DNA from: Candidatus Multivorans sp.
GTDB taxonomy: Bacteria; Acidobacteriota; Thermoanaerobaculia; Multivoradales; Multivoraceae
Direction of reading: 5' to 3'
Length of the DNA stretch: 64,000 bases
Assembly (NCBI GenBank): GCA_965224025.1
Contig: OZ245033.1
Location: forward strand, 2,208,001-2,272,000
Shown here: positions 20,229 through 34,257 of the stretch, piece after piece
How positions within the stretch are numbered: position 1 is the first letter of the stretch
Layout of the letters: each line of letters starts with the position of its first letter
Made by a program: the position numbers and the translations under genes
Notes under the pieces: generated by a model
What the model was told of the DNA's origin: nothing
Seen by the model: only the letters and a program-made list of their open reading frames with translations
The model's database searches: none

Positions 20229-20709
20229 TCTGCCAGGAGCGATCAGAGGGACCGGACGCAGGATCGAAACATCTGCTCCGACGCCCCATCCGCGACGACA
20301 GGCGGGCCAGGCGGTTTGCGGTAGCGGTGGAGTGTCCTTCGCGATGCCCGAGGAGCTCCGAGCCCGCTCCGAGGCTCCTGTTGCCCGGACTCTCGAGTCT
20401 CTGCTAGTGTTCGCGCTCTTGTGCGGCTCGCGCGGAGCGAGCCAAGTAGACAGTTCACTACAACAGTTACGCCATCTGCGAGCCAGGCCTTGAACCGGGA
20501 AGTAACCCGGTGCTGCGTGCGGCGTCCAAAGCCGCGCGGAGTCAGCTAGGTCCGGTCGCTCCGGCTTTCGGGTTCGCCCGGTTGGCCGGTCTTTGCGCCG
20601 CTCTGACGAGCCGATCGGTTGACGATCGCTCCGTTCTGCGGCGCGAATTGCGCCAAGAGGCCGGCTTCCCGGCCGCGAGGCAGAAGGTTTCGCGCGAGCA
20701 GGAGTTTCA

Positions 20710-21084
20710 ATGCCCACCATTCGCCAACTGGTCCGCAAGGGCCGCCAGCGTCAGGTCATCAAGACCAAGAGCCCGGCGCTTCAGGGTGCGCCGCAGAGGC
20801 GCGGCGTGTGCGTGCGCGTGTATACGCAGACGCCGAAGAAGCCGAACTCGGCATTGCGCAAGGTGGCGCGGGTCCGGCTGACCAACGGCATCGAGGTCAC
20901 GACCTACATTCCCGGCGTGGGGCACAACCTCCAGGAGCACTCGATCGTGCTCATCCGCGGAGGCCGGGTGAAGGACCTGCCCGGCGTCCGTTACCACGTG
21001 ATTCGCGGCACGCTGGACGCCGTCGGTGTCGACGACCGTCGCCGGGGGCGCTCCAAGTACGGCGCCAAGCGTCCCAAGAGCTGA
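20710..21084 (+). CDS. rpsL: 30S ribosomal protein S12
   Basis: [29 protein letters not shown]. Confidence 0.99.
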   Translation: MPTIRQLVRKGRQRQVIKTKSPALQGAPQRRGVCVRVYTQTPKKPNSALRKVARVRLTNGIEVTTYIPGVGHNLQEHSIVLIRGGRVKDLPGVRYHVIRGTLDAVGVDDRRRGRSKYGAKRPKS

Positions 21085-21103
21085 AGCCGGAGGAACCTGC
21101 AAG

Positions 21104-21577
21104 ATGCCTCGACGCCGCGAAGTCCCGAAGCGCCAGATCCTGCCCGACCCGCTGTATCACTCGCAGTTGGTCAGCAAGTTCGTCAACGTCCTGATGAAGG
21201 ACGGCAAGAAGTCCGTCGCCGAACGCATCCTCTACGACGCTCTGAACACGATGAGGGAGCGCACCGGCGAGGAGGATCCGGTGGCCGTCTTCCAGAAGGC
21301 GATCGACAACGTGAAGCCGGCGGTGGAGGTCAAGTCGAGGCGCGTCGGCGGTTCGACGTACCAGGTTCCGATCGAAGTGCGGCCCGCGCGCAAGCTGGCC
21401 CTGGCCATGCGATGGCTGATTCAGGCGGCGAAGGGCCGCAGCGAAAAGACGATGAGACTGCGGTTGGCTGGCGAGTTGCTCGACGCGGCCGAGAACCGTG
21501 GAGTGGCGATCAAGAGGAAAGAGGACACCCACCGAATGGCAGAAGCGAACAGGGCTTTTTCCCACTACCGCTGGTAA
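21104..21577 (+). CDS. rpsG: 30S ribosomal protein S7
   Basis: [33 protein letters not shown]. Confidence 0.99.
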   Translation: MPRRREVPKRQILPDPLYHSQLVSKFVNVLMKDGKKSVAERILYDALNTMRERTGEEDPVAVFQKAIDNVKPAVEVKSRRVGGSTYQVPIEVRPARKLALAMRWLIQAAKGRSEKTMRLRLAGELLDAAENRGVAIKRKEDTHRMAEANRAFSHYRW

Positions 21578-21772
21578 CGGGCGATTCCGGCGCCGCCCCG
21601 GCGACGCCCACACCGTCCCCAGCCGCCGGTTGTCCACGGCCCATCCCTGCGCCGCCCGCTTTCCACGTGGAGCGGCGTTTCCCGCGCCCGTACCCCTTAC
21701 CCTGTCTGCGGATCTTCCTGCCAATCTTCAGAACGACGAACGCCTCGCAAACCCGATTTCACCTACTGCGCC

Positions 21773-23857
<2,085 letters not shown>

Positions 23858-23946
23858 GTCCCTGGCGGGCCCAGCCGGCAACCATTTCAGAAGACGTTCC
23901 AGACAAGACAATCAAGCACACAAGAGAGTTAGCAGGAGCACCGCAA

Positions 23947-25140
<1,194 letters not shown>

Positions 25141-25183
25141 GCGGTTCAAGGTCGGTATTCGAGGAAGGCTGGGATCAGGCAGA

Positions 25184-25501
25184 ATGGTGAACGAGAAGAT
25201 CCGTATCCGGCTCAAGGCCTTCGACTACCGCATCCTGGATACGTCGACGCACGAGATCGTCGACACCGCTCGGCGTAGCGGCGCGCGCGTGGTCGGGCCG
25301 ATTCCGCTGCCGACCCACATTGCCCGCTACACGGTGAATCGCTCTCCGCATGTGGACAAGAAGTCGCGGGAACAGTTCGAGATCCGCACCCACAAGCGGT
25401 TGCTGGACATCTTCGAACCGACCAGCCAGACCGTCGATGCGCTGATGAAGCTCGAGCTTCCGGCGGGCGTCGACGTCGAGATCAAGGCATTTGGGAGCTG
25501 A
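25184..25501 (+). CDS. rpsJ: 30S ribosomal protein S10
   Basis: [23 protein letters not shown]. Confidence 0.98.
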   Translation: MVNEKIRIRLKAFDYRILDTSTHEIVDTARRSGARVVGPIPLPTHIARYTVNRSPHVDKKSREQFEIRTHKRLLDIFEPTSQTVDALMKLELPAGVDVEIKAFGS

Positions 25502-25541
25502 ACCGGCAGTTGAGCCGGCTCTAGCGAGGGGGATTGGGACG

Positions 25542-26174
25542 GTGAGGGAAAGCAAGGGTCTCTTGGGGCGAAAGATCGGCATGACGCAGATCTTCGCCGA
25601 GGACGGCGCCGCGGTGCCGGTCACCGTGCTGGAGGTCGGCCCGTGCCGGGTCGTGCAACGAAAGACAGCGGACTCCGACGGCTACGAGGCGGTGCAGATC
25701 GGCCTTGTCGAGAAGCGGCCGCCGAGGCGGGTCACCGAGGCGCGCCGGGGCCACTTCAAGAAGGCCGGGGTCGACGCGATGCGCCACTTGGTCGAGGTGC
25801 GGGTCGACAGGGCGAACGAGTCGCAGCCTGGCGATGAGATCGGCGTCTCGATCTTCGAGGTCGGCGCCCGTGTCGATGTGATCGGCAACGGCAAGGGGAA
25901 GGGATTCCAGGGCGTCATGCGCCGCCACGGTTTCGGGGGCGGCCGAGCCACCCACGGCTCGATGTTCCATCGCGCTCCGGGTTCGGTCGGGCAGTCGGCG
26001 AGTCCCTCGCGTGTCTTCCCGGGAATGAGGTTCCCGGGCCGGATGGGCGGCAAACGGGTGACGACGAAGAAGCTGAAGGTGGTCAAGGTGGACGTGGAGA
26101 ACCGCCTTCTGTATCTGCGTGGCGCAGTTCCGGGCGCCCGCAACGGTCTGGTCGTGGTTCGGAGTTCGGTCTGA
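25542..26174 (+). CDS. rplC: 50S ribosomal protein L3
   Basis: [26 protein letters not shown]; GTG start inferred. Confidence 0.97.
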   Translation: MRESKGLLGRKIGMTQIFAEDGAAVPVTVLEVGPCRVVQRKTADSDGYEAVQIGLVEKRPPRRVTEARRGHFKKAGVDAMRHLVEVRVDRANESQPGDEIGVSIFEVGARVDVIGNGKGKGFQGVMRRHGFGGGRATHGSMFHRAPGSVGQSASPSRVFPGMRFPGRMGGKRVTTKKLKVVKVDVENRLLYLRGAVPGARNGLVVVRSSV

Positions 26175-26824
26175 TGCCAAAGGTCGCGATCAGGAGCCTC
26201 GACAACGAGGCGGTCGGCAGCCTCGAGCTGCCGGAAGAGGTTTTCACTTATCCGTACAACGAGCATCTGATCCTCCTGGCGGTGGTGTCGGTCCGGGCCG
26301 CGCAGCGGGCGGGTACGCACAGCGTCAAGGGCAGGCACGAAGTGCGCGGTTCCGGGGTCAAGCCGTATCGCCAGAAGGGCACCGGGCGATCCCGCGCGGG
26401 CAGCCGCCGCTCTCCGCTGCGCCGCGGCGGCGGCGTCGTGCATGGTCCGCAGCCTCGCAGCCACCGCAACAAGCTGTCGCGGAACGAGAAGCGCAACGCG
26501 CTCAAGTCGGCGCTCTCGCGCAAGCTGGCCGAGGAGCGGATCATGGTGGTGGACTCGCTCGATCTCGACAACCACAAGACGGGCGCCTTCGCCGCGCGTC
26601 TGCGGGGCTTGGGGATCGACGAGAAGACTCTGATCGTCGACGACCACGGCAACAGGAACCTGATCCTGGCGTCGCGCAACAACCCGCAACTCAAGGCTGT
26701 CGACGCCCTGGGCGTCAATGTCTACGATGTCGTCGATCGTGGCTACGTGCTGTTCAGCGAAACCGCGATCGGCCGCTTGTCCGCCATGCTGCGGAAGCAG
26801 CGGAAGAACGGGAGCGGGTCATGA
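26174..26824 (+). CDS. rplD: 50S ribosomal protein L4
   Basis: KPYRQKGTGRSRAGS, GGGVVHGP. Confidence 0.97.
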   Translation: MPKVAIRSLDNEAVGSLELPEEVFTYPYNEHLILLAVVSVRAAQRAGTHSVKGRHEVRGSGVKPYRQKGTGRSRAGSRRSPLRRGGGVVHGPQPRSHRNKLSRNEKRNALKSALSRKLAEERIMVVDSLDLDNHKTGAFAARLRGLGIDEKTLIVDDHGNRNLILASRNNPQLKAVDALGVNVYDVVDRGYVLFSETAIGRLSAMLRKQRKNGSGS

Positions 26825-27108
26825 GAGTGCAGGAAATCCTGCGTCGGCCGCTGATCACCGAGAAGTCGACCGCACTCCGTGACGATCGGAACATCGTCGC
26901 CTTCGTCGTCGACTCCCGGGCCAACAAGATCGAGGTGCGGCGCGCGGTGGAGGCTCAGTTCCAGGGTGTCAAGGTGGCGGAGGTCCGGATCGTGAACATG
27001 CACGGCAAGGTCCGCCGCCAGGGCCGCTTCTTCGGCCGGCGTCCTGATTGGAAGAAGGCATACGTACGGCTGGCCGAGGGCCAGATCGATCTCTTCGACA
27101 ACGTGTAG
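26821..27108 (+). CDS. rplW: 50S ribosomal protein L23
   Basis: PLITEKS, ANKIEV, WKKAYV. Confidence 0.97.
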   Translation: MRVQEILRRPLITEKSTALRDDRNIVAFVVDSRANKIEVRRAVEAQFQGVKVAEVRIVNMHGKVRRQGRFFGRRPDWKKAYVRLAEGQIDLFDNV

Positions 27109-27123
27109 CAAGAGCCAAAGAGA

Positions 27124-27954
27124 ATGGCGATCAAGAAACTCAAACCGACCAATCCGGCCAGCCGCTTCCAGGAGTACGCACAAAGGCTGGAGGTCACGAC
27201 GGACAAGCCGCACAAGGCCCTCGTCGAGGGCAAGAAGCGGATCAGCGGCCGCAACAACAAGGGCCGGCAGACGATCTGGTTCCGGGGCGGCGGCCACAAG
27301 CGGCGCTACCGGCGGATCGACTTCCGACGCGACAAGATCGGCGTGCCCGCGAAAGTGGCCACGATCGAGTACGACCCGAACCGGAGCGCGCTGATCTCCC
27401 TGCTGCACTACGCCGACGGCGAGAAACGCTACATCCTCCATCCCCAGGGCTTGAAGGTAGGCGCGGTGGTCCAGTCGGGCGAGGGCGCCGAGATCGATGT
27501 CGGCAACTGCCTGCCGATCCGGTTCATTCCCCTGGGTACGATGATCCACAACATCGAACTGAAGATCGGTGGCGGCGGGCAGATGGTGCGCAGCGCCGGC
27601 ACGGGCGCTCAGTTGATGGCCAAGGAGGGCGTCTACGCCCAGATTCGCCTCCCCTCGGGGGAGGTCCGCCGGGTTCATATCGACTGTTCCGCCACGATCG
27701 GCCAGGTCAGCAACTCGGAGCACTCGAACATTGCGCTTGGGAAGGCCGGTCGCAACCGTTGGCGGGGCCGCCGACCGCACAACCGGGGCGTGTCGATGAA
27801 TCCGGTCGACCATCCCATGGGCGGCGGCGAGGGCAAGGCCTCCGGCGGACGGCATCCGACCACGCCATGGGGCAAGCCGACCAAGGGCTACAAGACACGG
27901 AGAAACAAGCGCACGAGCGGCATGATCGTACGGCGGCGGGGACGCCGCAAGTAG
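27124..27954 (+). CDS. rplB: 50S ribosomal protein L2
   Basis: [21 protein letters not shown]. Confidence 0.99.
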   Translation: MAIKKLKPTNPASRFQEYAQRLEVTTDKPHKALVEGKKRISGRNNKGRQTIWFRGGGHKRRYRRIDFRRDKIGVPAKVATIEYDPNRSALISLLHYADGEKRYILHPQGLKVGAVVQSGEGAEIDVGNCLPIRFIPLGTMIHNIELKIGGGGQMVRSAGTGAQLMAKEGVYAQIRLPSGEVRRVHIDCSATIGQVSNSEHSNIALGKAGRNRWRGRRPHNRGVSMNPVDHPMGGGEGKASGGRHPTTPWGKPTKGYKTRRNKRTSGMIVRRRGRRK

Positions 27955-27984
27955 GGCCGGCGAGAGCACGAAACAGAGGTCAGC

Positions 27985-28272
27985 ATGGGACGTTCACTCA
28001 AGAAGGGTTTCTTCATCGACAGCCATCTGTACGACAAGGTGACCGCGATGAATACGAGCCACGACCGGAGGGTCATCAAGACCTGGTCGCGGCGGTCCAC
28101 GGTCATTCCGGACATGGTGGGTCACACCATCGCAGTTCACAACGGCATGAAGTTCATTCCGGTCTTCGTTAGCGAGAACATGGTCGGTCACAAGCTCGGC
28201 GAGTTCGCTCAGACGCGGACCTTCCGCGGCCATGCCGGCGGCAAGAGGGAACGCCGGGCTCGTCCCCGGTAG
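27985..28272 (+). CDS. rpsS: 30S ribosomal protein S19
   Basis: RSLKKG, KTWSRRS, GHKLGEF. Confidence 0.98.
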   Translation: MGRSLKKGFFIDSHLYDKVTAMNTSHDRRVIKTWSRRSTVIPDMVGHTIAVHNGMKFIPVFVSENMVGHKLGEFAQTRTFRGHAGGKRERRARPR

Positions 28273-28290
28273 TTAGAGAGAGAGAGAACG

Positions 28291-28659
28291 ATGGAAGCAA
28301 TCGCCCGACTCAGGTACCTTCAGGCGTCGCCCCAGAAGGTGCGCCTGGTGGCGGACCTGATCCGCGGCCGCGATGTCGAGGAAGCCTCGACGCTGCTGCA
28401 GTTGAGCACCAAGGCGGCCGCGCGGCCGCTCTCGAAGTTGCTGCGCTCGGCGGTCGCCAACGCCGAGAACCGCGCCGAGAACCAGCAGAGGGGCGTCGAC
28501 GAGGGGCAGCTCTACGTCAAGGAGATCTTCGTGGACGGTGGTCCGACGCTGAAGCGCCTGCGCCCGCAGCCCATGGGCCGTGCGTTCCGCATCCTCAAGC
28601 GGCAGAGCCACGTCACGATCAAGCTTGATTCCCGCAGCCAGTCGGCAGAGCCAACGTAG
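28291..28659 (+). CDS. rplV: 50S ribosomal protein L22
   Basis: [29 protein letters not shown]. Confidence 0.98.
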   Translation: MEAIARLRYLQASPQKVRLVADLIRGRDVEEASTLLQLSTKAAARPLSKLLRSAVANAENRAENQQRGVDEGQLYVKEIFVDGGPTLKRLRPQPMGRAFRILKRQSHVTIKLDSRSQSAEPT

Positions 28660-28667
28660 GAGCGCTC

Positions 28668-29318
28668 ATGGGTCAGAAGACACATCCTTACGGCTTTCGT
28701 TTGGTCTACAACCAGGGCTGGCATTCGCGCTGGTACGCCGAACGGGACTACGCCAGCACCCTGCACTCGGATATCGATTTGCGGACCGGTTTGAAGAAGC
28801 GCCTGATGCACGCCGGCGTGAGCCAGATCGACATCGAGCGCGCAGCGGACAAGCTGCGCGTCACGATCTACACGTCGCGCCCCGGCATCATCATCGGCCG
28901 CAAGGGCGCGGAAGTGGACAAGCTGCGCGACGACCTGAGCCGGCAGATGGGGCGGGAAGTCCATATCAACATCCAGGAGATCCAGCGTCCAGAGCTCGAT
29001 GCCCAGCTTGTGGCCGAGGCGATCACGGGACAACTTCTCCGCCGGGTTGCCTTCCGCCGGGCCATGAAAAAGGCGATGGAATCGGCCTTCCGTTTCGGCG
29101 CCAAGGGTGTCAAGATCATGGTTTCGGGTCGGCTTGGCGGCAATGAGATCGCCCGTACCGAGTGGTACCAGGAAGGGCGGCTGCCGCTGCACACCCTGAA
29201 GGCCGACATCGACTACGGCTTCGCCGAGGCCTACACGACCTACGGCGTGATCGGAGTCAAGGTCTGGGTCTACCGGGGCGATCTTTCGCGGGAGCGCGGC
29301 CGCCGCGCGGTGGCGTAG
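28668..29318 (+). CDS. rpsC: 30S ribosomal protein S3
   Basis: [32 protein letters not shown]. Confidence 0.98.
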   Translation: MGQKTHPYGFRLVYNQGWHSRWYAERDYASTLHSDIDLRTGLKKRLMHAGVSQIDIERAADKLRVTIYTSRPGIIIGRKGAEVDKLRDDLSRQMGREVHINIQEIQRPELDAQLVAEAITGQLLRRVAFRRAMKKAMESAFRFGAKGVKIMVSGRLGGNEIARTEWYQEGRLPLHTLKADIDYGFAEAYTTYGVIGVKVWVYRGDLSRERGRRAVA

Positions 29319-29360
29319 GCACGGCTGGACGCAAGGGGAACTTCGAGGGAGTAACGAACG

Positions 29361-29780
29361 ATGTTGATGCCGAAGAAGGTCAAGTTCCGTAAGCACCACC
29401 GCGGCCGCCGCAGAGGCCTGGCCAAGGGGGGCAATGTGGTGGCGTTCGGCGAATACGGCCTGCAGGCGCAGGAGGCGGGCTGGGTCACGGCCCGTCAGAT
29501 CGAGGCCGCGCGAATCGCGATCACCCGCCACATCAAGCGAACCGGCAAGGTTTGGATTCGGATCTTCCCGGACAAGCCGATCACCAAGAAACCTCTCGAA
29601 ACCAGGATGGGCAAGGGCAAGGGCAACCCGGAGGAATGGGTTGCGGTCGTTCGTCCCGCCCGCATCCTCTACGAGCTGGAGGGCGTGTCGCCGGAGTTGG
29701 CGAAGTCGGCAATGAGGCTGGCTTCCCACAAGCTCGGTATCAAGACCCGCTTCGTCGTGCGCCACGGCGCACAGGTCTGA
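29361..29780 (+). CDS. rplP: 50S ribosomal protein L16
   Basis: [18 protein letters not shown]. Confidence 0.98.
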   Translation: MLMPKKVKFRKHHRGRRRGLAKGGNVVAFGEYGLQAQEAGWVTARQIEAARIAITRHIKRTGKVWIRIFPDKPITKKPLETRMGKGKGNPEEWVAVVRPARILYELEGVSPELAKSAMRLASHKLGIKTRFVVRHGAQV

Positions 29781-29808
29781 GGCATAGGTCCTAAGGGGTG
29801 AGAAGGCG

Positions 29809-30006
29809 ATGAAGGCAAGCGAACTCAGGGAGTTGACCGGAGACGAGCTGCGGCGGAAGGAGGAGGAACTGGCGGACCAGTTGTTCGCCCTGCGGCTGCA
29901 GAAGTCGATTGGCCAACTGGAGAAACCGAGCAGGATCAGGAAAGCCCGAGTCGAGTTGGCGCGGGTTCTTACCGTCAGGCGCGAGAGAGCGACAGGAACG
30001 ACATGA
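29809..30006 (+). CDS. rpmC: 50S ribosomal protein L29
   Basis: MKASELR, LFALRLQ, ARVLT; synteny. Confidence 0.95.
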   Translation: MKASELRELTGDELRRKEEELADQLFALRLQKSIGQLEKPSRIRKARVELARVLTVRRERATGTT

Positions 30007-30278
30007 ACGTGGATCAGCAAGAAGCGCGGGGCCGCCGCCAGGTTCGGATGGGCCAGGTGGTCAGCGCCAAGATGGACAAGACAGTCATCGTGGCGGTCGA
30101 GAAGACGGTCATGCACCGGCTCTACCACCGCCTGATGAAGAAGTCGTCGCGGTTCGTGGCGCACGACGAATCGAACGACTGCCGGGAGGGAGACGTCGTT
30201 TCCCTCGTCTCGACCCGACCAATGTCGCGCCGCAAGCGCTGGCGCGTGCAGCGAATCGTCAAGCGCGCGGAAGGGTAG
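30003..30278 (+). CDS. rpsQ: 30S ribosomal protein S17
   Basis: [23 protein letters not shown]. Confidence 0.97.
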   Translation: MNVDQQEARGRRQVRMGQVVSAKMDKTVIVAVEKTVMHRLYHRLMKKSSRFVAHDESNDCREGDVVSLVSTRPMSRRKRWRVQRIVKRAEG

Positions 30279-30286
30279 GTGCGACG

Positions 30287-30655
30287 ATGATCCAGATGGG
30301 AACGGTGCTTGATGTCGCCGACAACTCGGGGGCCAAGCGAATCGCCTGCATTCAACTGCGGGGCGGTTCCTCCGGGCAGTACGGTGTGCTGGGTGACGTG
30401 ATCACCGCCTCGGTCAAGGAGGCGGTGCCCGAGGGCACGGTCAAGAAGGGCCAGGTCGTGCGCGCGGTGATCGTGCGGACCCGCAAGGAGCGGCGCCGCC
30501 GCGACGGGAGCTACATTCGCTTCGACAACAACGCCGCGGTGCTGATCAACGAAGCGCGGGAACCGATAGGGACCCGCGTCTTCGGCCCAGTCGCCCGCGA
30601 GCTGCGCGAGCGGCGCTTCATGCGCATCGTGTCGTTGGCGCAGGAGGTGATCTGA
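30287..30655 (+). CDS. rplN: 50S ribosomal protein L14
   Basis: [26 protein letters not shown]. Confidence 0.98.
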   Translation: MIQMGTVLDVADNSGAKRIACIQLRGGSSGQYGVLGDVITASVKEAVPEGTVKKGQVVRAVIVRTRKERRRRDGSYIRFDNNAAVLINEAREPIGTRVFGPVARELRERRFMRIVSLAQEVI

Positions 30656-30656
30656 C

Positions 30657-30995
30657 ATGCCCAAGTCTGACAGGCCCAAGGTGAAGATCAAGAAGGGCGA
30701 CGAGGTGCTCGTCATCGCGGGCCGGAACCGCGGCGTGCGCAGCAAGGTGTTGCGGGTGCTTCCGGCCGAGAATCGCGCCATCGTCGAACGCGTAAACCTG
30801 GTCAAGAAGCACGAGCGGCCGAACCCGCAGCGCCAGGTTCAGGGAGGCATCCTGGAGCGGGAGGCGCCCATCCACCTCTCGAATCTCAAGGTTATCTGTC
30901 CAGACACCGACAAGCCGACGCGGGTCGGCAAGCGGCGTCTCGAGGACGGCAAGTCGACACGCTACGCCAAGGTCAGCGGCGCGGTGTTGAGCTGA
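30657..30995 (+). CDS. rplX: 50S ribosomal protein L24
   Basis: [22 protein letters not shown]. Confidence 0.97.
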   Translation: MPKSDRPKVKIKKGDEVLVIAGRNRGVRSKVLRVLPAENRAIVERVNLVKKHERPNPQRQVQGGILEREAPIHLSNLKVICPDTDKPTRVGKRRLEDGKSTRYAKVSGAVLS

Positions 30996-31012
30996 GGCTG
31001 TGACCTGAAGGA

Positions 31013-31561
31013 ATGACCATGGTTCCCCGACTCAAGACTCTCTACAAGGAGGAGGTCATCGCCAGCCTGCAGCAGGAGTTCGGCATCTCCAACCAGATGG
31101 CGGTGCCGCGGCTGGAGAAGATCGTTCTCAACATGGGCATCGGCGAAGCTATCCAGAACATCAAGATCCTGGAGAACGCCGTGCCCGAGCTGGCCCTGAT
31201 CGCCGGTCAGCGGCCGGTCATCACCCGTGCCCGCAAGTCGATCGCTGCATTCAAGTTGCGCGAGGGCATGCCGATCGGTTGCCGGGTCACGCTGCGCCGC
31301 AACCGGATGTGGCACTTCCTCGATCGCCTGGTCACCGTCGCGCTGCCGCGAGTCCGCGACTTCCGCGGCATCTCGGACCGGAGCTTCGATGGCCGGGGCA
31401 GCTACACCCTGGGTGTCCGGGACCACCTGATCTTCCCCGAAGTCGACTACTCGAAGAGCGACGGTTCCAAGGGCATCAACGTCACCCTCGTCACGTCGGC
31501 GGACTCCGACGCGCAGGCACTGCACCTGCTGCGCGGTCTCGGCATGCCGTTCGCGACCTGA
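31013..31561 (+). CDS. rplE: 50S ribosomal protein L5
   Basis: [25 protein letters not shown]. Confidence 0.98.
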   Translation: MTMVPRLKTLYKEEVIASLQQEFGISNQMAVPRLEKIVLNMGIGEAIQNIKILENAVPELALIAGQRPVITRARKSIAAFKLREGMPIGCRVTLRRNRMWHFLDRLVTVALPRVRDFRGISDRSFDGRGSYTLGVRDHLIFPEVDYSKSDGSKGINVTLVTSADSDAQALHLLRGLGMPFAT

Positions 31562-31601
31562 GTTTCTACTTTCGCGAACTCTCAACCAAGGACTGCCACC
31601 G

Positions 31602-32000
31602 ATGACCATGACCGACCCCGTCGCGGATCTGCTGACCACGATTCGTAACGCCCTGATCGTCAAGCACGACCAGACCGAGGCGCCGTTCTCGAGCCTGAAG
31701 ATCGCGTTGTGCCGCGTGCTGCGGGACCAGGGCTACATCAGCGACTACGAGGTCTACGACTCGCCGCCGGGCAGGACGCTCCGGATCTTCCTGGCCTACG
31801 ACGGCCAGGGGGTGCCGGCGATCACCAAGGTGCGGAAGATCAGCAAGCCCGGGCGTAGGGTGTACCGTGGCGCCGACGATCTGAAGCCGGTTCTGAACGG
31901 GTTGGGCGTCGCGATCCTGTCGACTTCGAAGGGTCTGCTCACGGATGCCGAAGCGCGGCGCCAGCGCGTGGGCGGCGAGGTCCTCTGTGAAGTGTACTGA
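31602..32000 (+). CDS. rpsH: 30S ribosomal protein S8
   Basis: TDPVADLLTTIRNA, SKPGRRVY, STSKG. Confidence 0.98.
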   Translation: MTMTDPVADLLTTIRNALIVKHDQTEAPFSSLKIALCRVLRDQGYISDYEVYDSPPGRTLRIFLAYDGQGVPAITKVRKISKPGRRVYRGADDLKPVLNGLGVAILSTSKGLLTDAEARRQRVGGEVLCEVY

Positions 32001-32020
32001 GACGCACGAGGTGTATTGAG

Positions 32021-32563
32021 ATGTCACGCATAGGAAAGGCGCCGATCCCGCTGCCGGAGAAGACGAAGGTGGCGACAAGCGGCGGTACCGTGACCATCGA
32101 GGGTCCGAAGGGAAAGCTGGAGCAGCCGCTCCAGCAGGGCATCGAGGTCCGGGTGGAGGACGGCGTCGTCACGCTGCACCGTTCCGGCTCGAGCGGACCG
32201 GAACGGGCCCTGCACGGGCTGGCTCGCGCGCTGCTCGCGAACGCTGTCGTGGGTGTCAACGAGGGCTTCCGGCGAGAGCTGGACATCGTCGGCGTCGGTT
32301 ACCGGGGAGAGGTCAAGGGGCGCGAAATCCACTTGGCGCTGGGGTACTCCCACGCCGTGGTCTACCCGATCCCGGATGGGATCGACGTTTCGATCGACGA
32401 CCGGGCGAACCGGATCGCGGTCTCCGGCATCGACAAGCAGCAGGTCGGGCAGGTAGCGGCCGACCTCCGCAGCCTGCGCAAGCCGGATGCGTACAAGGGC
32501 AAGGGCATTCGTTACCGCGACGAGGTCATCCGGCTCAAAGTCGGCAAGGCGGCGGCGGTCTAG
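32021..32563 (+). CDS. rplF: 50S ribosomal protein L6
   Basis: [19 protein letters not shown]. Confidence 0.98.
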   Translation: MSRIGKAPIPLPEKTKVATSGGTVTIEGPKGKLEQPLQQGIEVRVEDGVVTLHRSGSSGPERALHGLARALLANAVVGVNEGFRRELDIVGVGYRGEVKGREIHLALGYSHAVVYPIPDGIDVSIDDRANRIAVSGIDKQQVGQVAADLRSLRKPDAYKGKGIRYRDEVIRLKVGKAAAV

Positions 32564-32603
32564 ACGGTTCGGAACGACTTCGGGAAACAGGGACATCGAG
32601 GCA

Positions 32604-32990
32604 ATGAGCGACCTGCGCAGAAAGAGAACGTTGGATCGGAGCCGCCGCCGGCGCCGCGCGCGCTACCGCGTCCGGAAGAAGCTCCGGGGCTCACAGGAGA
32701 GACCGCGTCTGGCGGTCCACAAGAGCCGCCGTCACATCTACGCTCAACTGATCGACGATCGGGCGGGGCACACGCTGGCGTTTGCGAGCTCGCTCGAGCC
32801 GGAACTCTGCGAGGAGCTCGAAAACTCGACCGGGAGTTGCCGCGCGGCGCAGGCGGTGGGCGAGGCGCTTGCGGCGCGCGCCAGGGAACGGGGCCTGCAA
32901 TCGGTGGTCTTCGACCGCGGCGGGTTCCTGTACCACGGCCGGATTCGGGCGCTTGCGGACAGTGCGCGCGCCGGAGGCCTCGAGTTCTGA
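32604..32990 (+). CDS. rplR: 50S ribosomal protein L18
   Basis: [27 protein letters not shown]. Confidence 0.97.
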   Translation: MSDLRRKRTLDRSRRRRRARYRVRKKLRGSQERPRLAVHKSRRHIYAQLIDDRAGHTLAFASSLEPELCEELENSTGSCRAAQAVGEALAARARERGLQSVVFDRGGFLYHGRIRALADSARAGGLEF

Positions 32991-33027
32991 TGCAGCAGAG
33001 CGCAGCAGAGCAACGAAGGAGACAGCA

Positions 33028-33104
33028 GTGGCTAGGGACGTGAACGGTGGCTAGGGGACGTGAACAGTGGCTGGAGATATGAACATTGGCTAGAGACATA
33101 GATC
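33028..33104 (+). repeat. Four degenerate 19-20 bp tandem copies of the rpsE start region
   Basis: GTGGCTAGGGACGTGAACG / GTGGCTAGGGGACGTGAACA / GTGGCTGGAGATATGAACA / TTGGCTAGAGACATAGATC. Confidence 0.85.
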
Positions 33105-33649
33105 TCGACAGCGAGTTCTTCGAGCAGGTTGTCGACATCAACCGGGTGACGAAGGTCGTCAAGGGCGGCAAGAACTTTTCCTTTACCGCCCTGGTTGTGA
33201 TCGGCGACGGCGCCGGCCGCGTCGGCTACGGCTCGGGCAAGGCGAAGGAGGTTCCGGCCGCGATTCGCAAAGGGATTCAGATCGCGAAGCGCAGCCTGGT
33301 GCGGGTGCCGCTCGCTGGAACGACGATCCCGCACGAGACGGTGGGCGTCTTCGGCGCCGGTCGGGTGATGTTGAAGCCGGCCTCTGAAGGAACCGGGGTC
33401 ATCGCCGGCGGCCCGGTGCGCGCCGTGGTCGAGGGCGCCGGCATTCAGGACATCCTGACCAAGTCGCTGGGGACGACGAACCCTCAGAACGTGGTCAAGG
33501 CGACTTTCGCGGGGCTCCTGTCCCTGCGCAGCGAAAAGCAGGTCAGGACACTGCGTGGCTTGGACTCGCTGGACGGCGCGTCGATGAACACAGATCAGGG
33601 AGGAAGAGGTAGTGACGGGCAGGACGATACGGATACAGCAGGTGCGTAG
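33086..33649 (+). CDS. rpsE: 30S ribosomal protein S5 (acidic tail overlaps rpmD by 38 nt)
   Basis: [27 protein letters not shown]. Confidence 0.97.
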   Translation: MARDIDLDSEFFEQVVDINRVTKVVKGGKNFSFTALVVIGDGAGRVGYGSGKAKEVPAAIRKGIQIAKRSLVRVPLAGTTIPHETVGVFGAGRVMLKPASEGTGVIAGGPVRAVVEGAGIQDILTKSLGTTNPQNVVKATFAGLLSLRSEKQVRTLRGLDSLDGASMNTDQGGRGSDGQDDTDTAGA

Positions 33650-33809
33650 CGCGATCGGCAGGCCGAGACCGCAACGCGAGGTTCTGCGCGGTCTGGGCTT
33701 GAGGCGCATTCGCCACATCGTCGAGCGGGAAGACTCCCAGGCGGTGCGCGGCATGGTGCGGAAGATTCCCCATCTGGTCCGGATTCTTGGGGACTCCGAG
33801 GAGGGCTGA
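33612..33809 (+). CDS. rpmD: 50S ribosomal protein L30
   Basis: [23 protein letters not shown]. Confidence 0.95.
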   Translation: MTGRTIRIQQVRSAIGRPRPQREVLRGLGLRRIRHIVEREDSQAVRGMVRKIPHLVRILGDSEEG

Positions 33810-33810
33810 C

Positions 33811-34245
33811 ATGAAACTTCACGAACTCAGACCGGCGCCGGGAAGCCGCCGTGCGCGCAAGCGGGTCGGCCGTGGACCTGGCGCCGGCACGGGCAAGACC
33901 GCCGGGCGAGGCCACAAGGGCCAGCGCTCGCGCGCGGGCTTCTCCCGCCGCGCCGGCTTCGAGGGCGGCCAGATGCCGCTCGTGCGGCGCGTCCCGAAGC
34001 GCGGGTTCACCAACATCTTCCGGACCGAGTACACGGTGATCAACGTCGGAGACCTGGATGGTCTCGGCGATGTGGTCGATGTGGACCTCCTCGTTTCTCA
34101 CGGCCGTGTGCGCCGGGGCATGAAGCTGAAAGTTCTGGGCGTTGGCGATGCGCCGGCCGGGTTGACCGTCCGGGCGCACCGCTTCAGCGCGTCGGCGCGC
34201 GCCAAGATCGAGGCCGCCGGCGGCGCCTGCGAAGAGATCGCCTGA
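33811..34245 (+). CDS. rplO: 50S ribosomal protein L15
   Basis: [20 protein letters not shown]. Confidence 0.98.
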   Translation: MKLHELRPAPGSRRARKRVGRGPGAGTGKTAGRGHKGQRSRAGFSRRAGFEGGQMPLVRRVPKRGFTNIFRTEYTVINVGDLDGLGDVVDVDLLVSHGRVRRGMKLKVLGVGDAPAGLTVRAHRFSASARAKIEAAGGACEEIA

Positions 34246-34257
34246 CGGAGCTGGCAC

